Assembly (NCBI GenBank): GCA_043813365.1
Contig: JBDRLB010000040.1
Span: 1-39,161 of the forward strand
Direction: 5' to 3'
DNA: 39,161 nt
Origin: Candidatus Micrarchaeota archaeon
GTDB lineage: Archaea > Micrarchaeota > Micrarchaeia > Norongarragalinales > SBBD01
Every line of letters begins with the position of its first letter. The stretch's first letter is position 1. The notes beneath the pieces were generated by a model, which was given only the letters and a program-made list of their open reading frames with translations, was not told the DNA's origin and made no database searches. Below, piece by piece: positions 1 to 8,926 of the stretch. Both the position numbers and the translations under genes were made by a program.

Positions 1-16
1 ATGCGCCAGCCTTGAG

Positions 17-65
17 TTTACGCGGAGTTAAACCGAATAATAATTAGCTTCCGTATGCACAGGTA
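17..65 (+). other. Canonical tRNA intron (position 37/38), 49 nt
   Basis: Bulge-helix-bulge motif: central helix CTTG (11-14)/CAGG (60-63), bulges AG|T (15-17) and TA|A (64-66); removal restores a 7-nt anticodon loop. Confidence 0.9.
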
Positions 66-97
66 AGCTGGTTTCCGCAAGGATTCGGGAGTTCGAA

Positions 98-239
98 TGC
101 CTTGCCCCTTTCTTTATAAAAGAAAGCGGCGGTGGCTCCGCTGGAAAGAAAATGTTTTGATCTGAAAAATCAAATTCGCTTTTCTTTTGCGGCGCCATAC
201 GCTTTTCTTTTCGTGGAAAAGAAAAGCAAGGCGTGAAAA
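98..239 (+). other. Non-canonical T-loop tRNA intron (59/60), 142 nt, palindromic
   Basis: Relaxed BHB: central helix TTCG (92-95)/TGAA (234-237), bulges AA|T (96-98) and AA|T (238-240), inner helix GCCTTGC (99-105)/GCAAGGC (226-232) with one extra G233; splicing gives T loop TTCGAAT. Confidence 0.87.
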
Positions 240-279
240 TCTCCCCCCCGGCGTTCAATGTTTCGTATAAGTGATCAAT

Positions 280-1218
280 ATGGGAGATTATGACGTGATA
301 ATCATCGGAGGCGGGCCGGCAGGGCTCACAGCAGGCATCTATTGCAGCAGGAAGAAGCTGAAGAATGCCATAATTACCGTTGACACCGGAGGCCAGACGA
401 ACCTCACGAACCACATCGAGAACTATCCTGGGACAGGCGCTTTGCCCGGCCCGGATCTGATGGAAAAATTCAAATCCGAGGCGGAGAAGTTCGGCGCGAA
501 AATAATTTACTCCCAGGTGAAAAAGGCGGAAAAAACAAATGACGGCAACTTCAATGTGATTGCTTCCGATGGGAAAACGTATTCCTCGAGAGCGCTCATC
601 CTATGCTTTGGTTCGCTCCCGAAAATGCTCGGCGTTCCCCGGGAGGACAAGTTCCTCGGAAGGGGCGTTTCCACCTGCACCACTTGTGATGCGCCGCTGT
701 TCAAGAATAAAATAACCGCAGTTGTGGGTGGAGGGAATTCGGCCGTGGAAGGTGCTTTGGAGCTCTCAACCATTGCAAGCAAGGTGTACCTGATCCATAG
801 GAGGAAGGAATTCCGCGCGGACCCGATAACAATCGAGAAGCTGAAGCAGAAAGGAAATGTGGAGCTCATACTGGATGCTGTTGTGGAAGAAATCGCAGGG
901 GAAAAGAACGTGAAATCCGTAAAATTGAAAATGAAGGACGGGAAGGCACGCGAAATCCCAATTGACGGGCTGTTCATTGAGATCGGTTATGAAGTAAAAA
1001 CGGACATAGTAAGGGAGCTGGTTAAAATCAACGAAAAGAATGAAATTATTATTGATGCCAACAACCGCACATCCGTTCCCGGAGTTTTCGCAGCGGGGGA
1101 TGTGACAACCGTTGCATTCAAGCAGACCGTCATATCGGCCGGGGAGGGCGCGAAGGCCGCATTGGAATGCTACAAATACCTTACGGGCGGGAAAATCGAT
1201 TCGGTTGATTGGACCTGA
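280..1218 (+). CDS. trxB: Thioredoxin-disulfide reductase
   Basis: GGGPAG FAD motif, CTTC active site in GVSTCTTCD, GGGNSA plus HRRKEFRA NADPH motif, TSVPGVFAAGD. ATG at 280 preferred over GTG at 271. Confidence 0.93.
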   Translation: MGDYDVIIIGGGPAGLTAGIYCSRKKLKNAIITVDTGGQTNLTNHIENYPGTGALPGPDLMEKFKSEAEKFGAKIIYSQVKKAEKTNDGNFNVIASDGKTYSSRALILCFGSLPKMLGVPREDKFLGRGVSTCTTCDAPLFKNKITAVVGGGNSAVEGALELSTIASKVYLIHRRKEFRADPITIEKLKQKGNVELILDAVVEEIAGEKNVKSVKLKMKDGKAREIPIDGLFIEIGYEVKTDIVRELVKINEKNEIIIDANNRTSVPGVFAAGDVTTVAFKQTVISAGEGAKAALECYKYLTGGKIDSVDWT

Positions 1219-1300
1219 ATTTAACATCCTTTTTAAACCCTTTTTTAATGTCCCACCAAACCGTTTATAACTGCCCCGAACCCTTAACCTAGCTGTCTTT

Positions 1301-1768
1301 ATGGACAATGAATCGCAGGAAATGTACCTGAGGACCATTTATGAGTTTGAGGAAGACGGAAAGTATGCGCGTGTGACCGATCTTTCCACCAAATTGAAAG
1401 TCGCTCCGGCGAGCGTAACCGAAATGGTCGGCAAGCTCGTAAAAAAGGGCTTGGTTAACCATAAGGCATATGGCGGCATAACCCTAACAAAAAAGGGGAA
1501 AAAAGGGGGAGAGCGCCTAATTCGGAAATTCCGGCTTTTAGGCTGCTTTTTGCGCGAATATCTGGGAATCACGAATTGCCTGCATGATGCATGCCGGCTG
1601 GAGCACGTATTCTCGGATGAAGCAGAATGCAGACTATGCGTCCTGATGGGCCATCCTACCAGATGCCCTAACGGCACGGTCATTCCGAAATGCAACAGCT
1701 CCCGGCCCTGCAGCGAGTGCATGAGGATAATGCGCAGGAAGATCCGACCACTTAAGAAAAAGAAGTAG
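1301..1768 (+). CDS. DtxR/MntR-family metal-dependent transcriptional regulator
   Basis: EMYLRTIY...ASVTEMV...ITLT...ACRLEH...HPTRCPNG pattern; Cys-rich basic tail. Confidence 0.88.
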   Translation: MDNESQEMYLRTIYEFEEDGKYARVTDLSTKLKVAPASVTEMVGKLVKKGLVNHKAYGGITLTKKGKKGGERLIRKFRLLGCFLREYLGITNCLHDACRLEHVFSDEAECRLCVLMGHPTRCPNGTVIPKCNSSRPCSECMRIMRRKIRPLKKKK

Positions 1769-1800
1769 CTTTTTTTATTTGCAATTGTGAAAGTGCTCCC

Positions 1801-2523
1801 TCATCCCATTATTTTTAGCATAAGCAAAAGGAAGGGCTGATGCAAAAGGTAAATTATAAGCGTATGCCTGCCGAGGAAAAAGATCGGTTTGATTGCATCC
1901 CTAACCGGACCCAATAAGCCTACTGGTTTCCTTCCGGCAAACACGCTTTTCCCAACTGTCATTCCCAGCAAAAACACCCCGAACCAGGGCAAAATCGGGA
2001 AATAATCGAATGTGTACCAGCCGGCCGGCCAGAAACCCAGCCAGAGGAGGTATGCGAATTCGAATGTAAACTGCTGTAGCCATAAACCAATGGTAATCAA
2101 CGATGCCGAAAGGGCCAAAATCATTCTAGAGCTAATTTTCCTTTTCAAAATTGGAATTGCCAACAATGTCGCGATGCCGATGAGGTGCAGCACGCCGAAC
2201 CAGATTGTCGCTTTAGGTTCATAGAGCCAGGTGGTGATGGTAATCGTGATCCCCAGCGCAAATATTCCCAAACCCCTTGATAGGTATTTGTTGCGGATGA
2301 ATTTTCCAGTTTTATTCGCGTTCCGGGAATACGAAATGGAAAGTGAAACTCCCGCTATTGATACGAATGCGATCGCAACCAGCCTCCCGAGCCACCAAAG
2401 CAGCCCCTCATTCACTGGGAATTCTGCCGTCCCCAAATAATCGAGCGCGAACATCCAGTTGAACGCTACCATTCCAACTACTGAAAGTCCCCGGAAGAAA
2501 TCGATTTCCCAAAATCTGCCCAT
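1801..2523 (-). CDS. DUF1624 / heparan-alpha-glucosaminide N-acetyltransferase-like membrane protein
   Basis: RFWEIDFFRG, FGVLHLIG, DYFPILPWFG, GRHTLIIYLLHQP motifs; multiple TM segments. Confidence 0.85.
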   Translation of the reverse strand: MGRFWEIDFFRGLSVVGMVAFNWMFALDYLGTAEFPVNEGLLWWLGRLVAIAFVSIAGVSLSISYSRNANKTGKFIRNKYLSRGLGIFALGITITITTWLYEPKATIWFGVLHLIGIATLLAIPILKRKISSRMILALSASLITIGLWLQQFTFEFAYLLWLGFWPAGWYTFDYFPILPWFGVFLLGMTVGKSVFAGRKPVGLLGPVRDAIKPIFFLGRHTLIIYLLHQPFLLLMLKIMG

Positions 2524-2590
2524 GGTAAGGTTGGAACGCAGAAATTTTTAAGGCGGGCGCTTTCGACGTGCAATTATGCTAATCGCCGGG

Positions 2591-3805
2591 CTACTGCTGC
2601 AGCGTTATTTCCGCCGTTGCGTTAGCCCTGATGTCGAAGTATTTCGCCCCATCAGGAAGCAGGCCTATGTTGGTGAAAACGAACCAGCCGTCATCAGCGA
2701 AAAACCCGATTTTCCTGTAATTCTGCATGAACACCGGGTATTCCTTGATTTCAGGCGAGAGCAGGAACGTCGGCGCCCAAGAGAGATTGTACATATTGGT
2801 GATATTCATCCCGGGCTTCGAATCGAAATCGTAGTAATATGCGGAATCGGTGTATATTCCATTGCTGCTGATGAATTCCACATACCCGGTAGTGTTGAAG
2901 CACTCGGGGCACCTCTCGCCTCCCTTGATGTAAATCGCAGAAACCAGGCCCTTGATTTCGCCGGTTTTTAAATCACGATAAGGCGGATTGATCCCCCTAA
3001 GCACATAATTGCCATCGTTTTCCAAAGTGCCCATTTTTTCCAGCTCGGATGTGAGGTTTTCCCCGTAAATTGCAATGTCCTTGGAAACGATTATCGCAGG
3101 AAGCCTCTGGATGCCATATTTCTCAATGAGATCCTTGCCCTCGGTCCCATTGGAATCGATAATTTTTTCTTCCGTTATGGCAACCCCCCAAACCTCATTC
3201 AGGAATTGGCCCAGCACCGTTACGTTGTATATCATGTACGGGGAGAAATCTATTGACGCTTTGCCGCATTCCTCGCAGCTGGAATCTATGACCGTGCTGA
3301 TCTTCACCCTCCCGACAATTTCCTTGTTGTTTAGGAGGTCCATGTAAGGCGGCGCGATGTCTACAAGCAGCCATTTCCCATCAAAATTCTTGCCCGCTTT
3401 GAGCAGGAGGTCCTCCAATTCGGGCATCTTCGAGATTTCGCCTGAAATGAGCATTGTGGGAACCTTGGTGATGTTGTACTTCTGGATAAGGTCCTTACCT
3501 TCCTGCGAATCATATGAGTATTTCTGAATATTGAGCTCCCCACCCATCTGCTGGATCACGAAAGCGATCGCGTCAATATTGAAGCAGTCCTCGCATTCGG
3601 GAACGGTAATTCCGGTCAAGTCGAGGTTGATTTTCGGCATTTCCGTTGAAGTGGGCGTCGGGGTCACAGTTGAAACCTGCACGCTCGGTGTGCTTCCAGA
3701 TTGGTACTGATTCTGTATGTTTTGGACGACCAGAAATGCCCCCCATAACACCGCAATTATAAGTATGACGATGACCAGCTTCTGGAAAATGCCCTTGAAT
3801 TCCAT
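2591..3805 (-). CDS. Membrane-anchored protein with three thioredoxin-like CxxC repeats
   Basis: N-terminal TM helix, Thr/Pro linker, three units with CEDC, CEEC, CPEC, each followed by a G(K/M)xxxxxYxxxxxP-hydrophobic motif. Confidence 0.7.
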   Translation of the reverse strand: MEFKGIFQKLVIVILIIAVLWGAFLVVQNIQNQYQSGSTPSVQVSTVTPTPTSTEMPKINLDLTGITVPECEDCFNIDAIAFVIQQMGGELNIQKYSYDSQEGKDLIQKYNITKVPTMLISGEISKMPELEDLLLKAGKNFDGKWLLVDIAPPYMDLLNNKEIVGRVKISTVIDSSCEECGKASIDFSPYMIYNVTVLGQFLNEVWGVAITEEKIIDSNGTEGKDLIEKYGIQRLPAIIVSKDIAIYGENLTSELEKMGTLENDGNYVLRGINPPYRDLKTGEIKGLVSAIYIKGGERCPECFNTTGYVEFISSNGIYTDSAYYYDFDSKPGMNITNMYNLSWAPTFLLSPEIKEYPVFMQNYRKIGFFADDGWFVFTNIGLLPDGAKYFDIRANATAEITLQQ

Positions 3806-3884
3806 CTTCTCACCCTCTTGAAATAGCTAAGAATATCCAATGTTAAGTTTTTAAACGCAACCAAATTCTTATTAGCCGGTAGTG

Positions 3885-4295
3885 ATGAACGAGGAAGGCG
3901 CCATCCGGAAAATACTGATGGATTACCGGAGGGTTGCTGTCGTGGGGATCTCGGATGAAAGCGATAAAGCAGGTTATTTCGTCCCCGCCTACCTTAAAGA
4001 AAACGGCTATGAGATAATCCCCGTTAACCCCAAATCGGTTGAGTGGAAGGGAAAATACTCCTATGAATCGCTTGAAAAGGTTCCCATTGCAATTGACGTG
4101 GTGCTGATTTTCCGGAAGCCCGAATTTGTCCCGGACATCGTAGCAAGCGCCGTGAAAATCCATGCGAAAGCGGTTTGGATGCAGGAGGGCATAATCCATG
4201 AGGAAGCCGCAAAGCTGGCAGAAGATTACGGATTATTGGTAGTGATGGACAGGTGCATGATGAAGGAGCACAAGAAACTTTACAATAGGCGTTGA
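3885..4295 (+). CDS. CoA-binding protein (YccU-like)
   Basis: VAVVGIS, IIPVNP, DVVLIFR, AVWMQEGI, VVMDRCM motifs. Confidence 0.92.
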   Translation: MNEEGAIRKILMDYRRVAVVGISDESDKAGYFVPAYLKENGYEIIPVNPKSVEWKGKYSYESLEKVPIAIDVVLIFRKPEFVPDIVASAVKIHAKAVWMQEGIIHEEAAKLAEDYGLLVVMDRCMMKEHKKLYNRR

Positions 4296-4323
4296 GGCCG
4301 AATCTTGTGCTATTTCCTTATTT

Positions 4324-5256
4324 TCATTTTGCGAGCTCCTCATCAATTATTCTGCTCAATTCATTGACGCTCGAAGGCCCGATTATCGGCCGGCCATTAA
4401 TGAAGAACGTGGGAGTTCCGTAAATCCCCTCGGCAACTCCCTCGCCGAAACTCTTTTCGATTTCCGTTTTGTATTTTCCGTCAATCAAGCATACGTTGAA
4501 ACTCCCTTCATTCAGTCCCAATTGCCTTGCCAGCTCCGTCAATGATGATATTCCGCCGCTCCTGACCTTTTCCTGATTGTCAAACAGCGCCTGATGGTAT
4601 TCCCAGAATTTCCCCTGGTCTGCCGCGCATTCGGCGGCTTCGCTGGATTCCATGCTGAAATTGTGCGAAGGAAGGGGGAACGGCTTGAACACGAATCGGA
4701 TCTTATCCCCGTATTTTTTCCTGATCTCCCCGACGTTGGGCTGCGCCTGCTTCGTATACGGGCAAGTATAGCAGCCGACCTCAATGAGCGTGATTTTAGC
4801 ATCAATGGGCCCGATAATATGGCTGCCCAGATCCGAGGGTGCCATTAATGTATTGTTGCTCAATCCCGGCACCAAGCATTCATTCTCATGCGGCTGATTG
4901 CTCCCGAGCGGATCGAAGATGCAGAAAGCGTTCGAGTCCGGGCCGTTGCAATTCCCGTAGAGCGCGTAATTGTACAACCCCTGAATGATGAAGAATGTTG
5001 AAATGAGGAAGAGCGCCACAAACAGCCAGGAAAGCAATTCGAAATATTTGTTCACATATTTTGTCAGAATGGGGGAAATTTTGAATGTTCTGGAAAGGAT
5101 TCCCCTCCTTAACCGGTCGTCCAAGCCGCCCTGGCACGGCTTCAGCTGCGCCATCCTGAATACGCACTCGAACGCCTCTTTTGCAAGCGAACGGTATTTT
5201 GCGCTGAAAATCCCCAGTACCCCGAATACCACCAACCCGATTATGCAAAGAACCAT
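4324..5256 (-). CDS. Membrane-anchored DsbA-family protein
   Basis: G-PIDAKITLIE, CPY, FPLPSH, AAECAADQGKFWEYH, GIYGTPTFFING; N-terminal TM segments. Confidence 0.85.
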   Translation of the reverse strand: MVLCIIGLVVFGVLGIFSAKYRSLAKEAFECVFRMAQLKPCQGGLDDRLRRGILSRTFKISPILTKYVNKYFELLSWLFVALFLISTFFIIQGLYNYALYGNCNGPDSNAFCIFDPLGSNQPHENECLVPGLSNNTLMAPSDLGSHIIGPIDAKITLIEVGCYTCPYTKQAQPNVGEIRKKYGDKIRFVFKPFPLPSHNFSMESSEAAECAADQGKFWEYHQALFDNQEKVRSGGISSLTELARQLGLNEGSFNVCLIDGKYKTEIEKSFGEGVAEGIYGTPTFFINGRPIIGPSSVNELSRIIDEELAK

Positions 5257-5368
5257 TCGACCACTCCCATAAATGTTTACTAACTATATAAAAAGCATAT
5301 CTTTTTCGTTCGCATTCGAACAAATATTCGGATAGTCGGATTTTGCCTTATTCCATTTTATTCCTAAA

Positions 5369-6121
5369 TCATATCGAATTGTTGATTGCCTTGATGTTCA
5401 TCCGCTCGTATTTTTCCAGGCTGGTTTTTTGCATTTGGGAGAGCTTCACTATGGGTGAACCCCAATGCATCGCGATCCAATCTCCCGGCTTTAGCTCATT
5501 CCCCAAATCCGCAATGTCGGTTTTCAGGGGAATTTCAATTTTCCTGTACCCCTTCCAAATGAATTTCCGCCTCCTCATGTCTATGGGCTCGAATTCAACT
5601 TGCGCGATTTTCGTGGGCATATCGTATGTCTCATCCTTGATATGGCGAACGATCCCGAAAGGCACCCTGCACTTGTCCGCATTCGCAATATTCCATGGAA
5701 CTTTACCGGTGATGAACCTGACATAGTAAACGTGGAAGGAGTGGTGCGGAACAATCCCATTCGGAAGGTATTTTGCCAATTTTGCCGCCTTATACTTGTT
5801 CATTTTCCCTTTTCCCGTAAGGTCTTCCAATATCATTGCCTGCATCATTTCCTTTGGGATATTTTCAAGCAGTCCGTTCCCCAGCCAATACGCTTCGCAA
5901 ACTTCGTAATCGAAGGGATCCATGCCGTTCGCATTTGCGATCAGCTTCAGGTACGGGTAATGGCCCTCGAATTTTGTTATGGCGTTCTGGAGCGCAATCG
6001 CATTGGCCCTGCTTTTATCCTTGAGGTAATCCGAGAATATTTTATGGAAATCATTCGGACCGCAATATTTAAGCCGGTTTGTCACGCTCCCGAACCTTGC
6101 GGCGAGCTCTACGCCTTCCAT
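5369..6121 (-). CDS. DUF6390-like protein (hydrogenase-locus associated)
   Basis: NRLKYCGP, FEGHYPYL, EAYWLGN, PHHSFHV, DKCRV, GDWIAMHWG motifs; overlaps the upstream EamA gene. Confidence 0.75.
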   Translation of the reverse strand: MEGVELAARFGSVTNRLKYCGPNDFHKIFSDYLKDKSRANAIALQNAITKFEGHYPYLKLIANANGMDPFDYEVCEAYWLGNGLLENIPKEMMQAMILEDLTGKGKMNKYKAAKLAKYLPNGIVPHHSFHVYYVRFITGKVPWNIANADKCRVPFGIVRHIKDETYDMPTKIAQVEFEPIDMRRRKFIWKGYRKIEIPLKTDIADLGNELKPGDWIAMHWGSPIVKLSQMQKTSLEKYERMNIKAINNSI

Positions 6122-7047
6122 TCAGATCCCCCCAAAATTTTCGATTTCAGCAGGCTGAAGGAGGAACCGAGCTGGGAAATTCCCACAATCGCCAATATGC
6201 CCGCTGTTATCAGCAGCAACCCGAATGCATCGGAAATTGAAGGCGCTTTCCCGAGGAACGTGTAATTTAGGAAAGCGGTAATGGGCCCTCCCAGTGTGAG
6301 TATTGCAGTTGCTGTAGTAGCCCTTGCATGCTTGAGCGCCGAATAGAATGTGGAAACGAACAGGAAAAGGAATGCCCCGCCTACGGCGACCAATCCGAAA
6401 TTGAGTGAAAATACAGTGCTAACCAGGGGAGCTTTGCCTGCAACCGTCAGGTACACTGCTATTGCAATAAGCCCGAAGGATAGCCTTCCGAAACCTACAA
6501 CTGCAGGGGAGATTCCCTTATTCTCCATCACCCACTTCGAAAGTACGTATTCGAATGCCCAAATGATTGTTGCGGCGAGTATCAGCAATTCACCCATTCC
6601 AATTGCAAATGCATCTGATTTCCCCAACAAAAACGCGTTCCCCACCAACACTATCCCCGCGCCAATAGCCGCGTTCCTCGAGGGCTTTTCCCTAAGGATC
6701 AGCATTGCGAAAATTGCGGAGAAAACGAACACCAGCCTATAGAGGAACGACCCCTTTATTGCAGGAATCATGCTCAGCCCCTGGAAAAACAGGAGGAATG
6801 GAATCCCTCCCCCAATGATCCCAATGAGAAGCAGCCATTTAAGCTGGCGAACCCCGAATCCAGCAAATATTTTCCTTTGATGCATAAATAACAAAGCGGC
6901 TCCCAGGAATGTTGCCGCGGCTGCATTTTTCAGGAATGTGAACGCGAACGGATCGAGCGAATTCACCGCACTGCCGCTTACAAAAACGGAAATCCCGCTG
7001 ATCAGCGCGGTAGCGAATGCAAATAAAATCCCTTTCTCCTCACCCAT
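6109..7047 (-). CDS. DMT/EamA-family transporter
   Basis: About 10 TM helices in two EamA halves; LILREK and GELLILAATIIWA motifs. Confidence 0.88.
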   Translation of the reverse strand: MGEEKGILFAFATALISGISVFVSGSAVNSLDPFAFTFLKNAAAATFLGAALLFMHQRKIFAGFGVRQLKWLLLIGIIGGGIPFLLFFQGLSMIPAIKGSFLYRLVFVFSAIFAMLILREKPSRNAAIGAGIVLVGNAFLLGKSDAFAIGMGELLILAATIIWAFEYVLSKWVMENKGISPAVVGFGRLSFGLIAIAVYLTVAGKAPLVSTVFSLNFGLVAVGGAFLFLFVSTFYSALKHARATTATAILTLGGPITAFLNYTFLGKAPSISDAFGLLLITAGILAIVGISQLGSSFSLLKSKILGGSEWKA

Positions 7048-7144
7048 AGTACCCCCCAGTTTTTGTTAATGCATCAACGTTAAAAAAGGCTTATGCCGTA
7101 TTTGCTCCATTATCTTTTCCGAATCAATTAAACGGTCGTTTTAA

Positions 7145-7633
7145 ATGGCGAAGAAACTCAAGGTGGGATTGTTTTCCTTCTCGTGCTGCGAGGACAGCTC
7201 GATATTGTTCCTGGAAATCCTCAACGAGCACTACAAGGAATGGCTTCCCCTTCTTGATTTCAGGTATGCGCGCGTGCTTAAGACGAAGAACGAGCTTTCC
7301 GACATTGATGTCGCGTTCGTGGAGGGCGCAATAGCAAACGAGCATGACCGGCAGAAGGTGCTTGAGATCCGGAAAAATTCCAAAAAAGTAGTTGCGATCG
7401 GCTCCTGCGCATGCACCGGCCTTCCTGCGGGGCAACGGAACACTTTCAATGAAAGCCAGAAAAAGGAAATCAAGTTCCTGGTGCAGAAATTCAACATGCT
7501 GGATAAAGTGCTTTCCATCCCGCAGGTGGTGCAGGTTGATGACCTCGTAGTAGGATGCCCAATGGATGAGCAGAAGTTCGTTGAAGTGCTGGGAAAATAC
7601 CTGAAGGAGTTTGGAGTGGATGGGAAAAATTGA
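7145..7633 (+). CDS. [NiFe]-hydrogenase small subunit, proximal-cluster domain only
   Basis: FSCCEDS, DVAFVEGAI, VVAIGSCACTG, GCP; only 162 aa; directly upstream of the large subunit. Confidence 0.82.
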   Translation: MAKKLKVGLFSFSCCEDSSILFLEILNEHYKEWLPLLDFRYARVLKTKNELSDIDVAFVEGAIANEHDRQKVLEIRKNSKKVVAIGSCACTGLPAGQRNTFNESQKKEIKFLVQKFNMLDKVLSIPQVVQVDDLVVGCPMDEQKFVEVLGKYLKEFGVDGKN

Positions 7634-7645
7634 AGTGGTTTTTGT

Positions 7646-8923
7646 ATGCACGAGGATTTCGACATCAATCTGGAGGCAATAAGCAAGATAGAGGGCCACG
7701 CTGCGCTTTCCTTGAAGGTGAGGAATGACGAAGTGGAGGATGTGGAATTCAAAATCGTGGAGCAGAAGCGTTTCTACACGCAGGCAGTGCGGGGCAAGCC
7801 TGCCGTGAACGTGGCGCAGCTTGTCTCAAGGATTTGCGGCACCTGCTCAATTGCGCATCTCACATGCTGCCTCGAAGCCGTTGAGGATGCACTGAAGGTG
7901 GAGCCGTCCGATCAGACGCGCATTCTCCGCAAACTTACAACCTACGGGATGTACATCCGCGACCATGCGATGCATCTTTACATGTTTTCCCTTCCCGATG
8001 TTTTCAAAGTCGATTCGATCCTTGCACTCGCTGACACCCACCATGAGCTAGTCGACCAGTGCTTCCAGGTTAAAGCTGCCGGAAATAATATGAGCAAATT
8101 GGTAGCGGGAAAGGCGATCCATGCCACTTACCCCATAGTTGGGGGGCATTCGCAAATACCCGACAAGGAGGGAGTGAAGAAATCAATTGCGGAGCTCAAG
8201 GCCGCAAGGGAGCAATTGTGGGACATGATGGAAATCTACAAGAATTGCGATTTCCATTTCGAGCGGCCGACGCGATTTGTTTGCACGATGAATGATGATT
8301 TTTCCTACCGGGGCGACGAGATAATCAATTCCGAAGGGCTGCCCATCCCCAAATCCCATTATTTATGGCATCTCCAGCGGGTCATTATCCCTTACTCCAC
8401 TTCAACCGGCTTCCAATTCAGGGGGAAGGAATTCATGGTCGGCTCGCTCGCGAGAATAAACCTGAAGAAAAATTCGCTCCATAAGGACACGCGTAAGGAT
8501 GCATCCTCATACATTTCGCAATTCCCTTCCATGGACATTTACAGGAACAACCTCGCGCAGGCAATCGAGACGCTCCACTCCATCGACCATTCCATTGAGC
8601 TTCTGGAAACAACGGACTTCAAGCCAGATCCGCCGGTCCAGGTGAAGCCGCAGGCTGGTGTGGGAATCGCTGCCATCGAAGCGCCGCGAGGGACACTTTA
8701 TTACCACATCGAAGTTGATGAATACGGCAAGGTCCGCCAGCTCAATCTGGTAATACCGACCGCGCAAAACCAGGTAAATATGGGGTTCGATGTGAAAAAG
8801 CTTGTTGAGGAGAATCTCGACAAGCCGAGGGACGTGCTAGAGTTCGAAATAGAGAAGCTGATACGCGCCTACGACCCCTGCATGAGCTGTGCGACCCATT
8901 TCCTAAAAGTCAAGTGGCTTTAG
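7646..8923 (+). CDS. [NiFe]-hydrogenase large subunit (group 3b-like)
   Basis: KIEGH, L1 motif RICGTCSIAH, EAPRGTLYY, PTAQN, L2 motif RAYDPCMSCATH plus short C-terminal extension FLKVKWL. Confidence 0.93.
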   Translation: MHEDFDINLEAISKIEGHAALSLKVRNDEVEDVEFKIVEQKRFYTQAVRGKPAVNVAQLVSRICGTCSIAHLTCCLEAVEDALKVEPSDQTRILRKLTTYGMYIRDHAMHLYMFSLPDVFKVDSILALADTHHELVDQCFQVKAAGNNMSKLVAGKAIHATYPIVGGHSQIPDKEGVKKSIAELKAAREQLWDMMEIYKNCDFHFERPTRFVCTMNDDFSYRGDEIINSEGLPIPKSHYLWHLQRVIIPYSTSTGFQFRGKEFMVGSLARINLKKNSLHKDTRKDASSYISQFPSMDIYRNNLAQAIETLHSIDHSIELLETTDFKPDPPVQVKPQAGVGIAAIEAPRGTLYYHIEVDEYGKVRQLNLVIPTAQNQVNMGFDVKKLVEENLDKPRDVLEFEIEKLIRAYDPCMSCATHFLKVKWL

Positions 8924-8926
8924 GCA

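Larger units (their letters stand above)
1..253 (+). tRNA. tRNA-Ser(UGA), 5' end outside the window, interrupted by two introns (37/38 and 59/60)
   Basis: Anticodon stem CCAGC (6-10)/GCTGG (67-71); loop CT-TGA-G|A; long variable arm TCC-GCAA-GGA (74-83), typical of Ser; T stem GGGAG (87-91)/CTCCC (241-245); T loop TTCGAA|T; 3' acceptor strand CCCCGGC plus discriminator G253. Exons: <1-16, 66-97, 240-253. CCA not encoded. Confidence 0.92.

Noticed and set aside
150..180. CTGA / TGAT motifs in the T-loop introns as box C/D guide elements
   Set aside because: No RTGATGA box C in either intron and no consistent box spacing.
28..414. 128-aa minus-strand ORF
   Set aside because: Antisense to the tRNA-Ser gene and the trxB start; shadow ORF.
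5300..5345. Repeated TTCG motifs with GTTCG...CGAAC
   Set aside because: No cloverleaf or BHB context; at most a weak operator-like palindrome.
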